A DNA stretch of 64,000 nt, from contig CM059432.1 in the NCBI GenBank assembly GCA_030390025.1, positions 86,058,001 through 86,122,000 on the forward strand, given 5' to 3'. Source of the DNA: Squalus acanthias (taxonomy: Eukaryota). The notes beneath the pieces were generated by a model. That model saw only the letters and a program-made list of their open reading frames with translations, made no database searches and was not told where the DNA came from. A program made the translations under genes and the position numbers. Below, one piece after another: positions 1-12,667 of the stretch; within the stretch, counting starts at the first letter, position 1, and each line of letters opens with the position of its first letter.

Positions 1-2484
1 AAGTTCAATTTCTTTCACATCTTCTATAGCAGTTCCCAACTCCAAGAATAAAAATCACCATCAGTGTGCTATGTGGTTGAAATTAGGTATGGGAGAATCA
101 ATAAAGCACAATCACATTTCATTAATAACAACAAAATGAGTTGTGGTTTTAAAAAATACTAGCAGTAATAATAGGAACATGGGAACATAAGTAGACCATT
201 CAGCTCCTCGAGCCTGTTCTGCCATTCAATTAGATCATGGCTGATCTGCACCTCAACTTCATTTATCCACCTTTGTCCCATATCCCTGATACACTTACCC
301 ATCATAAATCTATCTACTTCATTCTTGGAAATTTCAGTTGCCACTTTTAGGAGAGCAAGTTCTAGATTAGCATTTAGATGAGCACTTGAAACGCCATAGC
401 ATACAAGGCTACGGACCAAGTGCTGAAAAATGGGATTTGAATAGATAGGACTTGATGGTTGGCGCAGACACGATGGGCCGAAGGGCCTCTTTCTGTGCTG
501 TATGACTCTTTCACACAAAGAGTAGTGGAAATAAAGTTCTTCCTAATTTCACTCCTAAATCATTAATCTCTCCTTTTTATCTGCCTCTTTCCCTGATTTT
601 ACTTTTACAGTGGAACCTCTATTATATACCATACTGGAGGGGACCCTCCTTGCAGATAATAGAAATTGGCAGATAATCAAGATCTCCAAATGACTATATA
701 TTGCTCTGCCTCCTCCCCCCCGCCTGCCAGTTACCTGCCTCAATCCTCTACACCTTCAATCCAACACTAGCTAGATGAGCAGCTACGGCAACAACCAATC
801 ATTGATCCACAGGCTCACAGCTGCTCTACATACCCACTCATGGCTTCAACCTCCAGACCTGAGATAAAACACTTCCCTGACACCAAACACAGGCACCCAA
901 CTACATAGTTAAAGTAGCATGCAGCCCAGCAATACTGTTGACTCTGGATCTGCTGACTTTAAATCAATACATAGCCTGCCTTTTAAAATGGGATCCCCTT
1001 GTTGAAACAGGTAGGCTCTGCTTTGATTTTAAACATCACCTTTACTAAAATCAGTGCTGAAGAGGGTGCTAACAGGATTGCTGGGGGTGCATTCAATTCT
1101 AGCTAGCATTTAAAGAATGAATACATCATTTACAACAAATATACATTCGTTTAAGGCACAAAAACCCCACCAGAAAAGTGGTCCAACCGTGGCTAACAAG
1201 AGAAGTTAAAGATAGTATTAGATCAAAGGAAGAGGCTTCTAATGTTGCCAAAAAGAGTAGTAAGCCTGAGGATTGGGAGAATTTTAGAATTCAGCAAAGG
1301 AGGGCCAAGAAATTGATAAAGAAAGGGAAAATAGAATGAGAGTAAACTAGCGAGAGACATAAAAACAGACTGTAAAAGCTTCTATAGTTATGTAAAAAGG
1401 AAAAGATTAGCAAAAGTAAATATGGGTCCCTTACAGGCTGAGACAGGAGAAATTATAATGGAGAATAAGGAAATTGAACAAATACTTTGGGCTCAATTTT
1501 AATAGCCCTGAGGAGGCGGATTTGGAGGCGGGTCTACAGCGAAAATCGGAAAAAATGGCTTCAGACACCCAACCCGATTTTCGTGGGTGTCTGTTCATCC
1601 GCTCCCAAACTGATCCAACTGGAACCGGTGGGACAGGTAGTTAAGGCAGTTAACAGCCTGTTAACTGCCTTGCTAATCCTATTTTGATCGTGGTTTCCCA
1701 TTTTCGTGCTTCTGGCTCCTGTTTCCCTGACTTGTCAGAAACAGACCAGGTTCAAGTTGCTGGAGGACATGATTTGTATGCATTGGTGGAATGCTTTAAA
1801 AGCGTCCTTGAAACATAGCTGACATTCAAATGCAACAACTTTGCTGTTGTAGGTATGGGATAAGATTTTGCATATCTACTGACCTTGTGACTGTTCAAGC
1901 TGATACCCATCTGCAGTGTGACATGAATGGAATAATTGCAGGCCACTTCGACTGTGCGCTTGCAAGCTTGTTGCCTCAAATGAAATCTATAGCAAGGGGA
2001 TGGGAAAAATTTATGCCCTCTCATCCTGGTCCTCATAATCGGAGGAGTAGCAGCCGCGTGGCTCAGCGCAGATCTTCCTGGGAAGAGGAGTAGGAGGAGG
2101 ACGAGGGCCACCTTGCATGCCCTGTAGTGACCAATGCAGCTCACTGCTGCCTGTCAAGCAGGGTATGCACACTGCCATGCCACATTAGCATAAGCTTACT
2201 CTTCAACCATAGGTGGCTACCATATGGCTCTGTAATTGCAGGCGACATTTGTCCAACATCATACATCATCTCTGCTATACCCTGTTATTTCCTATCACTT
2301 ACCATCAGCATTACAAAAGCAAGTTGCCCTGAGCCCTCAATGTGCTTTTGCCATTTCCCAAAACATATAGGCCTACACAATCAACTGTTCGCCATCATTT
2401 TTCTTTTACACATCACAAAAGGATACTAAACCAACAACAGTCAGAAAAAAAAAAGACAAATCACCCAAGTGAGTCCCTTTGTGA

Positions 2485-4461
2485 CTATAAGTGCTTAATC
2501 TTTCTCTTATGCGTGCTTCTACGTGGTGCTTCCCCTGTGGCTTCAGCAGCTGTAGAGGCACCTTGCTGACTAGGATGCTGCGCCTGCTTAGACGCCGTTG
2601 GTGGGCGTCCTCTGGGTTTAGGAGCCTGGGAGGGCTCTTCAACAGTCTGCTCTTCCTGCGGCGGTGCAGGGGCTGAAACGGCCATCTCAGTTGTCTCCGC
2701 AAAGTGGGTCTCTGACCGAGGGCTCCGCAGTGGCATGGTCATGTGAGTGCTTTGAAAAAAGCCCATGCTTCCTCTGTCCTGCCAACAACATCCCTCTCAT
2801 GGGTCAGCCACACCTCAGTGCTGGCAAGTAGCTGGAGAGCACCTTGTTGCACATCAGGGGGAACATGAAGACCCGTATCTGCACTGGCAGTCCTCATCAA
2901 AAGGACGTCCATGAAGCTCTGGTCTCTCTGCTCAATAGCTGCCCATTGCTCCTCCAGAGATGACATTCTATTTTGAACAGTCACCATGTTTTCCTGACTC
3001 TGGTGACTTATTTCCTCCATGGAGGTAGCCGTCCTTTCCACTGAGGTAGCCAGCCTTTCCATGGAGGTTGCCATCCTATCCATGGTGCTGCGTTCATGCG
3101 CCATTGCCTCCACCACGGCAGTGCTGATGTTACAGATGGACTCCTTCATTCTCTCCACAGTCGCACTAACCCTGGAGGTAAACGCTTCCAGAGACTCCTG
3201 CACTTGTTCCTGTATTTCCCAAGACGCTCTTTTTCTGGATGGCCCCAGAGGCACAGCGTCTGCATGCAGCTCAGCAGAGCTAGGAGATTGCTGCGATCTC
3301 CGCCAAGGACTCTCCACTGCTGTCGCTGTCTCCACCATCTGCTGATGCTCACTTGTGCGCTGTGATAGACCAGGTGGCAAAACTACTCTAACTCACGAGG
3401 GCCCCACCGAGGTGTGCGTTGCTGCGCTGGTGCTGGGTGCGCTGAGTCCTGGTGACGCTGCTCCCTCTGAGGCTTCAGGTTCCTCTGAGGAGTTGTCCGG
3501 CTCTTCATCCTGGGTCCTGTGGGAGAGTAAAGGCATGATTTAGACATCTGATATTGATGTAGCAGATGATACAACACGATTCTCTATGAGCATCATATGC
3601 CATTGCATTCTGAGAGGGATGAAACTCTATTATGTCACCAGCTTCCTCTAGTGTGCCCGTCTCTCCATCACCCACTTCCAGGTCCTCGCCACCTCCAACA
3701 ATCTGGTATGCAGCCTCCTCAGCTTCTTCTAGTGTGCCCATCTCTCCATCACCCACTTCCAGGTCCTCGCCATCTCCAACAATCTGGTATGCAGCCTCCT
3801 CAGCACTGGTCAATGTGGCTAGGGTAGTAGGTGTTCCTCCTCCAGTCATTGCTCTCTCCCTCTTATTGTGGGCTATCTTTTCGTGCAAGGAGGGACACAA
3901 GTGGTGTTTCAGCCACAGTGATGGAGTGAGTGTGAATAATCCCTACCATAGAAGCTTTGAGGGAGACGAAGATGGGTAAGGTGCCAAGAGGAAGCTAGCT
4001 CCCTGTGCATTGGTAGTTGTCATTGCATGAGAGTGAGAGCGAGTCTAAGGGGTGCATAGGCAGGATGCTGAAATGATTCAGTACAGAGACAGAGATGGAC
4101 AGGTAAGGGTGCAAGGGAAGTAAAGGTAAGGTGGATATGAAGGAGGAGGCTTCCAAAGCAGAGTACTGGTGATGAGAAGAGAAGGGAAGTAGATTGAAGG
4201 CAAGTGTGATGGGATACTCACTTTTGATGTTTGCACAAGATCATTAAACCTTTTTCGGCACTGGATCCATGAGCATGAACATATGGACCTTGTGCTGACC
4301 TCTTCAGCAATGAGCAGCCAGGCTGCCTTGGTCTGCTGAGGAGGCTTCCTCCGGCCATCAGGCGGGAAGAGAATCTCCCTGCGCCCTCTGACAGCATCCA
4401 CAAGAGCATGGAGGGAGTCGTCATTAAAACGAAGAGCTGCTTTGCCTCTCGAAGAAGTCAT
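2485..4461 (-). pseudogene. Harbinger Myb/SANT-like (MSANTD-type) DNA-binding gene; exons ~4461-4222, 3882-3639, 3516-2485; disrupted
   Basis: MTSSRGKAALRFNDDSLHALVDAV...W..IAEEV...SWIQCRKRFNDL, then GTGAGT donor at 4221. Exon 2 EKIAHNKRERAMTGGG has a mutated acceptor (CAC). Exon 3 has coiled-coil heptads, an AT-hook-like KPRGRPP, an internal stop and frameshifts. Confidence 0.8.
3640..3804. repeat. 81-bp tandem duplication inside exon 2 of the Myb/SANT gene
   Basis: Two near-identical copies encoding AEEAAYQIVG(D/G)GEDLEVGDGE(M/T)GTLEEA. Confidence 0.95.
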
Positions 4462-6059
4462 TGCGTATAAATCAATATCAATGAGTCCAGGAATCCACAA
4501 GAGAAAGGCTTGGGCTGAATGGCAGCTTTGACAGCAGCTGCTATGAGGACAGCAGCAGAGGCGGCCAGTCGACCCGATCCCACTCATTGGACCAGCTAGC
4601 GTGGCTCATTGAAATCAACAAGCTCATTGAATCAAAATCGGACAATAGCAGCCGATCCCGTCGGAAGCGGCTCCGGAACCCGCCCACCATGCAACCAGAC
4701 TCCAAACCACCTCAGGAATTAAAATCGAGCCCTTTGTGTCTATCTTCACGGAAGAAGACGTAAAAAACTTCCCGGAAACAGTGGAGAACCAAGGGTCTAG
4801 CGAGAATGAGGAACTGAAAGATATTTGTACTAGTAAAAATTTAGTACTGGAGAAATTAATGGGACTGAAAGTCAATAAATCCCCTGGACCTGATGGCCTA
4901 CATCCTAGGGTTTTGAAAGAGTTCGCTATAGAGATAGTGGATGCATGGTTGTCATTTTCCAAAATTCCATAGTTTCTAGAACGGTTCCCACAGATTGGAA
5001 GGTAGCAAATGTAACCCCACTATTTAAGAAAGGAGGGAGAGAGAAAACGGGGAACTACAGACCAGTTAGCCTGACATCAGTAGTCGGGAAAATGCTAGAA
5101 TCTATTATTAAGGACGTGGAACAGGGCACTTCGAAAATAATAATAGGATTGGGCAGCGTCAACACGGATTTATGAAAGGGAAATAGTGTTTGACAAATCT
5201 GTTGAACTTTTTTGAGGTTGTAACAAGCAGAATAGATAACGGAAACCAGTGGATGTGGTGTATTTGGATTTTCAGAAGGAATTCGATAAGGTGCCACACA
5301 AGAGGTTATAAAACAAAATTAGGGCTCATGGGATTGGGGGTAATATACTAGCATGGATTGAGGATTGGTTAATGGACAGAAAACGGAGAGTAGGAATAAA
5401 CGGGTCATTTTCGGGTTGGCAGACTGTAACTAGTGGGGTACCGCAAGGATCAGTGCTTGGGCCTCAGCTATTCACAATTTATATCAATGATTTGGATGAG
5501 GGGACTAAATGTAATATATCCAAGTTTGCTGATGATACAAAGCTGGGTGGGAATGTAAGTTTTGAGCAGGATGCAAGGAGGCTTCAAGGGGATATAGACA
5601 GGCTAAGTGAGTGGGCAAGAACATGGCAAATGGAATATAATGTGGAGAAATGTGAAGTTATCCACTTTGGTAGGAAAAATACAAAAGCAGAAATGGTGAG
5701 AGAGATTGAGTAGACTAGGCCTATATTCTCTGGAGTTTAGAAGAATGAGATGTGATCTCATTGAAACATATAAAATTCTTACAGGGCTTGACAGGGTAGA
5801 TGCAGGGAGGATGTTTCCCCTGGCTGGGGAGTCTAGAACCAGGGGTCACAGTCTCGATAAGGGATCGACCATTTAGGACTGAGATGAGGAGAAATTTCTT
5901 CACTCAGAGGGTGGTAAATATTTGGAATTCTCTACCCCAGAGGACTGTGGAGGCTCAGTCGTTGAGTATATTCAAGACAGAGATCAATAGACTTTTGAAT
6001 ATTAAGGGAATCCAGGGATATGGGGATAGTGCAGGAAAGTAGTGTAGCGCAGCTCACCA

Positions 6060-7188
6060 CTCCCTGCTGTTTCCTCCTCTTGTCAGCTCTTTCCCCAGGG
6101 TTGAAAAGCTTGCACTGATTGATATGGAACCACTTAGTGCGTCGAGGCATTTTGACCGCATATACCATCGGACTTGCCCTATCCACGATACTGTACGGTC
6201 CCATGTATAGCGGTTCAAAAGTCCCAACCCTGGCGAAGTTTCTAACCATTACTTGATCTCTGACCTTCCACTCGTGGTGCCTCTGAGGCTCAAGCAATAA
6301 ACGATTTCTACGATTTTGCTTTCCCATGTTACTGGCAGCCTGCCAATGGATCTGTCTGAGATGCTCAAACAAATTCTTAACAAACCTGTCCCGGTTCACC
6401 TCTCTCAACTGACCTTCCGTGAGAACCGGGGCCAGTACATGGCTGGGCGTTCTCATGACCCTGCCAGTCACGAGCTCATGCGGGGAATACCCTGTGCTTC
6501 TAGACGGGCTGGCTCGGACCCCCATCAGAACTAACGGCAAGACCTCCGCCCATTTTCTAGGCGAGTCTCCCGTCTCCTTCCTATTCATCCGCTCCACAAT
6601 CCCCAATGACTGCGGGTTGTGTGCGACGTGCCATTTACCCTCTACACCTAGCATCTTCAGAGTCGCCTGCATGACTGCCCCTGTGAAGTGACTTCCCTGA
6701 TCGGACTCCACATACTGTGGTAGCCCCCACCTAGAGAACACTTCTCTCACTAGAATCCTTGCGGTCCCCAAAGCTGTGGCTGTTCGGCATGGGAAGGCTT
6801 CTACCCATTTAGAGAACACATCCACCAGGACCAGGCAGTACTTGTAACCCCCCTGTGCGGTGGGCAGCGGTCCGATATAATCAACCTGTATGGACTGCCA
6901 TGGTCCCTCCACTCTCCTCCTAGTGTGTCCCATGGATACCTTCCATTTCTGGGGGTCAGGGTTGTTTGCAGCACACACCAAGCAATCCGCGCAGAAGTCG
7001 CAGACGTCTTCCCTCAGTTGCGGCCACCACCCTGCCTGTTCCACCCGTTGCCAGGTGGTCTCCGGCCCGGGGTGCCCTGCTCCTGGATCCTCGTGGGCCA
7101 ACTGAAGGAATTCTCTCCGGTGCTGCTGCGGAACTACCCACTGTTCCCCTCTGAAAACCATCCCTTCCTTTACCGTAATACCTGCCAC
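6060..7188 (-). pseudogene. Integrase
   Basis: HHCC (AHEDPGAGH...CLVC), DDE triad (QVDYIGPLP, SDQGSHF, IVERMNR) and C-terminal GPY module. Confidence 0.93.
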
Positions 7189-7260
7189 TCCGTATGGACC
7201 CTCTACCTTATCTCCCTTAGCCAGCGTCTCCAGAACAGTCTTTAGGGCGGGATCCCGTGC

Positions 7261-8359
7261 CTAGACCATCTTTAGGTCCGGAGCCAATGCTACCCCTGCA
7301 CTCCCTTGGGTCCCACCTCTGTCTCTGATTGCTGCTACCAGACTCGACCCATATGGATCCCAAAACGTGCCCGTTCGAGCACCTGCTTTGGTCAGCACGT
7401 CGGCCTGCTGATTGCCCTCCGCACAGGGTTCTGCCTTAGAATGGGCCTTGTCTTTGTGGATATAGAAATCCCCCTGGGTTCCTATCGATGTTATGATCTG
7501 TTGCAACAATGGCTTGGTTGCTAGGGGTTTCCCGTCTGCAGATGTGAACCCGCGACGAGACCAAATGGCTAAATATTCTGTACACGAATTGCAAGTGAAC
7601 ATGCTGTCCGAGCAAATCGTGTAGGGCGTAGGGAACTCTTCGGGGTGGATAACCACATACACCACCGCCGACAGTTCCGCGTGCTGGGCGCTCATGGTGC
7701 TTGGGAGTTTAATGGCCTTGGCAATGCCTGCCTTTGGGTCAAAAATCCCGCATCCAGTGAGTCGCTCCCCGGCCACCACTGTACTGGACCCGTCTACATA
7801 GATCTCGCGGCCCATGGGATGGATCCCAGCCCGAAACCCTATGTCTACGTTCCATACCCCTTCAACAGAGCATTTGTGGACCACCCCTGGGTAGATAAAA
7901 TTTGCGGCGAGCTTGGGCTCACAGAGGCCTTTCACACTCAAATTCATCAGAAAGAGCAATAAAGTCCAGCGAGCAATGCGTGCACTGCTCACCGTGCCGT
8001 CCTTTATCCTCCCATCCAGAAGCATCTGAGTGGGCGTATGATGGGTTAAGAGAGTTATTGGGGACGCCCCCGTGAAGATTTGTGATCTCCTCACGGCCCA
8101 ATGTGTGGCAAGCAGGTGCCTCTCACAATTGGAGTACCCCCTCTCTACATCTGTGAGGATTCTTGATGAGTATACCACAGGCCTCAGCTTGCCATGCCAC
8201 TCCTGGAGCAGCACTGCAGGTCAAACTGTCCCCTGTGGCAGCTACCTCCAAAAAGAACTCCTTTCCCCCATCAATCGCTCCTAAAGCCGGTGCGGTCTGC
8301 AGATCTCTCTTCAGACGACTAAAAGCTGCCATGCAGTCCTCATCCCACTCCCAGCCCAC
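7261..8359 (-). pseudogene. Tether/connection domain (degenerate RNase H) followed by a retroviral-type RNase H
   Basis: RPVVYSSRILTDVERGYSNCERHLLA...ARIARWTLLL, then IYVDGSS...SAQHAELSA...ICSDS...WSRRGFTSADGKP...KAH...GNQQAD. Confidence 0.88.
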
Positions 8360-9755
8360 TCCCTTGTGGAGGAGCCGGAGTAGAGGAGCTGCCGTAGCGG
8401 CACAGTCCTCTATGAAATCCCTGCAGTACCCTGAGTCCCAGGAAGGATCTTACCCCCGTTACCGTGGTCGGGGCAGGTAGCTCCTGTACCGCCTTCCTTT
8501 TCGCCTCATCGATGGCCCTCTCCCCAGCACGCACAGTCAGCCCGAGGAATTTTACTTCCTGCTGGCCGATCTGTGCTTTCTTGGGATTAACCTTGAACCC
8601 AGCTTCCTTTAACAGACTCAGCAGCTCAGCCAACAGGGGGCCATGCTCCTCCCCCTCGTTGGAGAACAAAAGCAGGTCGTCCACGTACTGCACAAGCCGC
8701 TGCGGTCTGCTAAACCCTTTTAAACAGTTGGCCATACATTGGTGGAAAATAGAAGGACTGTTATGAAACCCTTGGGGAAGGCAGGTCCATGTGTACTGCT
8801 GACCCTTGAAAGTGAATGCGAACTTATACTGGTCCTCCCTTTTGAGAGGGATAGACTAGAATCCGTTCGAAATGTCCAGCACCGTGAATGTTTTCGTGGA
8901 TGCTGGGATACTCCCGATCAGGTCGGCTACGGCTGCGACGGTGGGGGCACAGGCTGGGATGTTCTTGTTAAGAACCTGATAGTTCACAGTGGCTCTCCAC
9001 GAATTGTCCGGTTTCCTAACCGGCCAAATCGGAGAGTTCACATGCGTCGCTATGGGTATCAACACACCCTGCTCAACCAATAATCCCAATGCCATCTCTA
9101 AATCCGCCTCTGCCTCTCTGGGGAAGTTGTACTGTTTCTGTGGTCGGGCCATGGGGTCTCCTTCTACTCTGACCTCCACCCCTATTACCCTCCCACAGTC
9201 GTGCTTGTGTGTAGCGAATGCCGCGAGGTTGGCTCGCACATCCGCTATGTACTCCGCCGGTGTAGAAGTGACCAAAAGTTCAAGGTCATAACTACCCTTG
9301 GGCTTCATCGTACACACGGTTCCCTTGCCTTGCTTCCCTGGTATAACTACCACCTCCTTCTCCTTTCCCGTGCATACTGCCCCCCAAAGACAGTGATTCC
9401 GGAAATCCACCAATATCTTGTGGGCCAGTATGAATTCTGCCCTCAAAATGCCTATTCCCTCCCGCTCCCACCGCATCAGGACACATTTCCACTCCGTATG
9501 GAGTGTACCCAGATCGATGGCTAGTGGGATGGAGAAAGACCCAGCCTGTTCGTTCCCTGTGAACCCTACTAAGTTATATGGGACCCCGTTTGATAGAGGT
9601 GATGTGGTCGGGTTATCCGCATAGACAATGGTGCTTGTAGCTCCAGTGTCCAGCAGATAGGTCCCTTGCACCTTCTCCACCCCCATCTTCACGCACGGTC
9701 TCTTCCAAGCATCATAACTTAGTGGGCACAGGTAAACGGGCTGAGAAGCCCCTAG
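8340..9755 (-). pseudogene. Aspartic protease and reverse transcriptase
   Basis: YLLDTGATSTIV; NSPIWPVRKPDNSWR; VLDISNGF; LPQGFHNSP; LVQYVDDLLL; VKFLG. Stop at 8856-8858 and frameshifts. Confidence 0.92.
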
Positions 9756-12650
9756 TCATTGGTCGGGATTGTTCGGGGCGGATGGGAGTACGCTGCCGCG
9801 TCCACCCTGCCCTGCCGGAAAGACTGCGCGGCGAGCAGCCACTAATACCGCGAACGGACCAGTGCTGCTTCCTGCCACAGCTGCGGCTTTCTGCACTGGT
9901 GCTGGAGGATCCCCTTTCCCGCTCCTTTTGTCAGAGACTGGGCAGTCTTTCCTCCAGTGCCCTTTACTCCCGCACCCATAACAACCCTGCTTCTTCTCTG
10001 AGCTACCCCCCTCCTGGCGCCACTCTCGTCTAACATTGCCTCCACCAGGCTTTAACTCGTGTACTCTGCCCTTTTGGTTTGTCATCCTCACCCCTACCAT
10101 TCTTAGAGAGAGTTAACTGCCGGATCTCACACTCGTCTGTGGTCTGGGGATCCCTGGAATCGAACCACCCCTCTGCTTTGGCCTTGATCCTGGGCAGGCT
10201 GTTCGCCACCAGGGTCCTCAGCCAATGAGCCCTAGGCTCCCGCTGCAGCTGCGCCCGGTTGGGCACCCCCGCACAGGCACTCCAGTAGACGGGCCAAAGC
10301 CTGTCCGCGAAAGCCTGCGGTGCCTCCCCAGCTGACTGCAGTGTCCTTTCCACTCGGGAGAAGGGACTTCCATCATTGAGGCCCATAGCCTCTAGGATGT
10401 CATCCTTTATCCCCTCTAACGTACCCTGCCCCCTCTTGCTACCCGCTGAGAGCAACTGGTACAACCTACTATCCAGGGAAAATAAAAGTAATTTGGCTGT
10501 CTCAGCTTCGTTGCAATTATTGATCCCCCCCCCCCACCTGCTCCACATCCGTAAAATGGACAGATAGGTCCCCTGTGCTGGTCAGTTTGGTCAGGTTAGA
10601 GACCATTGCCTGCAGCTGGGGGGTTGTATATGGGACCACGAAGTCACTCTGCAGTGCTCCTTGCTCTTGACCGTCTACGGGCGCACCGTATTTCCGCTGC
10701 CGGACAGGGCACATGGGTCCTGGTCCCGGCCCTTCGGGCGGTGGTCGAGCGTCCTCCTCTGCCTCAGTCCTCCATATCTCCCTCTTGCTCTTCCTCATCT
10801 ACCCAGGCCATTCCCGGAGCTACCAAGCAGACCATCCCTTTGGCCTTAGAGCATCGGTCAAATTCCGGATCTGCTCCTGGCAAAGGACCATGATTACCCG
10901 TATCAAACCCTCCAGTGCTGGCGACTCTGTATTGTAAGGGGTTTTTGTCTCGGGCTTATTTGTAGGTCAGCCAGTTATGTTTTCCTGGACTGTCCTTGCC
11001 CGCTGTGCGGTTGCGAATCGCTATCCCCTTATTAGTTCTGAGCCCAGGACTTATCAAGCGGCAATAAGGACAAACGAACAAACCCGTGGATTGGTGCGAG
11101 GAAAACCAATGTTTATTTAACAGAGATGAAACATAACATGTCAATCTTAACTTCGGTATAAACGAGGGAAATGACAGTAGAACAATACCTCACCCCTCCC
11201 AACCCCACTTTACTAGCTAAGTTAGACTCTTGAGGACCAGGGATAATGCTCACCAAACGAATCCTTTGACAGTTGAGGATATGGTTTAAAGTCCTTTTAA
11301 GTAAAAAGTTTCATAAGGCCCTTGTGCCTCGAGGTGTTTGATGGTCACTGGAACCGTTGCTCTGGTTCCTTGCGTGTCGGTCTGTTTCTGGAGCTGCTGG
11401 CCTTCTTTGTTGAACGGTCTTGTTTCTCTTGAACTGTGTACTGGAGAACTCCTGTGCTTCAGCTGTCCTGCTTGTGGCCTCTCTGTGTAGAACTCCTGCT
11501 TGTTCCAGCACAGGTCTCTGTAGCCCCCGGCTTGTAGAACTCGTCTCTCTCCCCCTCCGGCTTGTTCCAGTCTAAAGTTATACTGTTCGATTGTTCCTTA
11601 TTTGGCCGCCAAATCTTCCCAGTGCTTTGTTTAATTCTGGTCGGCTCGTTAAGGTAGTTAACTTTTAATGGCAGGAGATGGCCTTTAACGATATTAAATA
11701 TTTGTTAAGTGGAGGATGATTGCTGGTCTGATGGTTGTTCATTTGTGTTGCCTTTACTTCTTTGTATAAATGCTAAACAGTTTGATGGGGCTGGAGATAG
11801 GTCGAATATACAACATTGTCTGTAGAGGCCAGCCTCGCCTCCTTTGGCAGCCTCTGAGGTCTGTTTAAAAATGTTTTAAAATGTCCCTGGTCCAATACAC
11901 TCAATTGGTTTTAAAATGTCCAAAGCCCCTTTTTCTTAGGGTCTCTCTCTTTTCCTCTGAGTCTTTTGGGGGTCTGGGAATTTCGCAACTCTCTTACAGA
12001 CCTGGGCATGTCACCTTGCCTGCTGTTTTTGCAGGGCCCTGGTTTCTGTTCAATGTCGCAGGCTTCTGCCATGAGGTCTAGAAGCCACTTTGTCCAGGGT
12101 ACCCCTTATTAATAACTCTGGGGAATGTGGGAATTTTGAGAACCCTACAGTATGCCACCTGAATATCCTTTAACTGCTCTCCCAGCACCTTTACCTCACT
12201 CGACAAGCGAGCGTTCTCCTCCCTAACCACCCTTTCATTCCCCTTTGCCTCAGTTACCTGGCATTGCAGGAACTCCTTATGGTTACGGAAGGTTTCCTCC
12301 TGGCTTATTCTTCCCTGCTTCTCCTCCCTTAGCTCCGTGCATAACCTGCTCCCTGCTACAGCCCTTGCGTCTGACTGTGCCTCGGACTCCCTGAGCTCTG
12401 CCTCTAACTTCGCAACCTGCTTATCTAGCAGTTGGACTTGTCTTTGTAGACAGACAAGCCATATCGCTTTTTCAGTGCTGCGCTTATGCTCCTTGCCCTC
12501 CGTCCATTCTGCCGCTGCGTCCACCAGATGCTCAGCACGCAACAAGCCTAGCACCCACTTCTTAGTGATGTTAACCTTCTTAAACACATATGAAGAAATC
12601 CTTTCCTCCATTTGGGATCTTTCGCCAGAAGCGCTGTCCATGACTGATTT
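9756..12650 (-). pseudogene. gag, interrupted by a solo LTR at 10933-12149
   Basis: Coiled-coil N-terminal ORF 12078-12686 rejoins as DIQVAY|RVAST after removing the insertion; capsid-like ORF 10030-10548; single zinc knuckle CYGCGSKGHWRKDC. Confidence 0.8.
10933..12149 (-). mobile_element. Solo LTR, family B (1217 bp), inserted in gag
   Basis: TGTAAGGG...CCCTACA termini; 4-bp TSD GTAT (10929-10932, 12150-12153); minus-strand AATAAA near 11112-11117. Confidence 0.85.
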
Positions 12651-12667
12651 ACACTCCTTTAACCCAG

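Larger units (their letters stand above)
1489..4732 (-). mobile_element. PIF/Harbinger-type DNA transposon, non-autonomous (3244 bp)
   Basis: TIRs GGGCTCAATTTTAAT (1489) and ATTAAAATCGAGCCC (ending 4732); 3-bp TSD TTT (1486-1488, 4733-4735); contains a spliced Myb/SANT-like gene. Confidence 0.88.
1120..6042 (+). mobile_element. CR1 LINE ORF2 remnant, split by a Harbinger element (1489-4732) and by the provirus; 3' tail resumes at 13818-13900
   Basis: ORFs 4736-6042 carry CR1 RT motifs (KSPGPDGLHPRVLKE, NYRPVSLTS, GVPQGSVLGP, KFADDTK, RRNFFTQRVV). Host sequence rejoins across both insertions (gaacaaatacttt|gtgtctatc; ggaaagt|ggagatgaagtagaagatcagcc). Many frameshifts. Start approximate. Confidence 0.9.

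Noticed and set aside
580..720. Pyrimidine tract and CAG at ~607-609 as a possible upstream ABCC exon
   Set aside because: No ABCC-like translation or convincing donor follows.
5932..6042. Apparent C-terminal extension of the integrase ORF
   Set aside because: Reading runs on into the antisense strand of the host CR1 beyond the junction at 6043.
6043..6100. env gene of the provirus
   Set aside because: No sequence remains after integrase, so env presence cannot be judged from this copy.
11991..11998. CTCTTACA as the end of solo LTR B
   Set aside because: No TSD there; the end at 12149 gives a GTAT TSD and restores gag.
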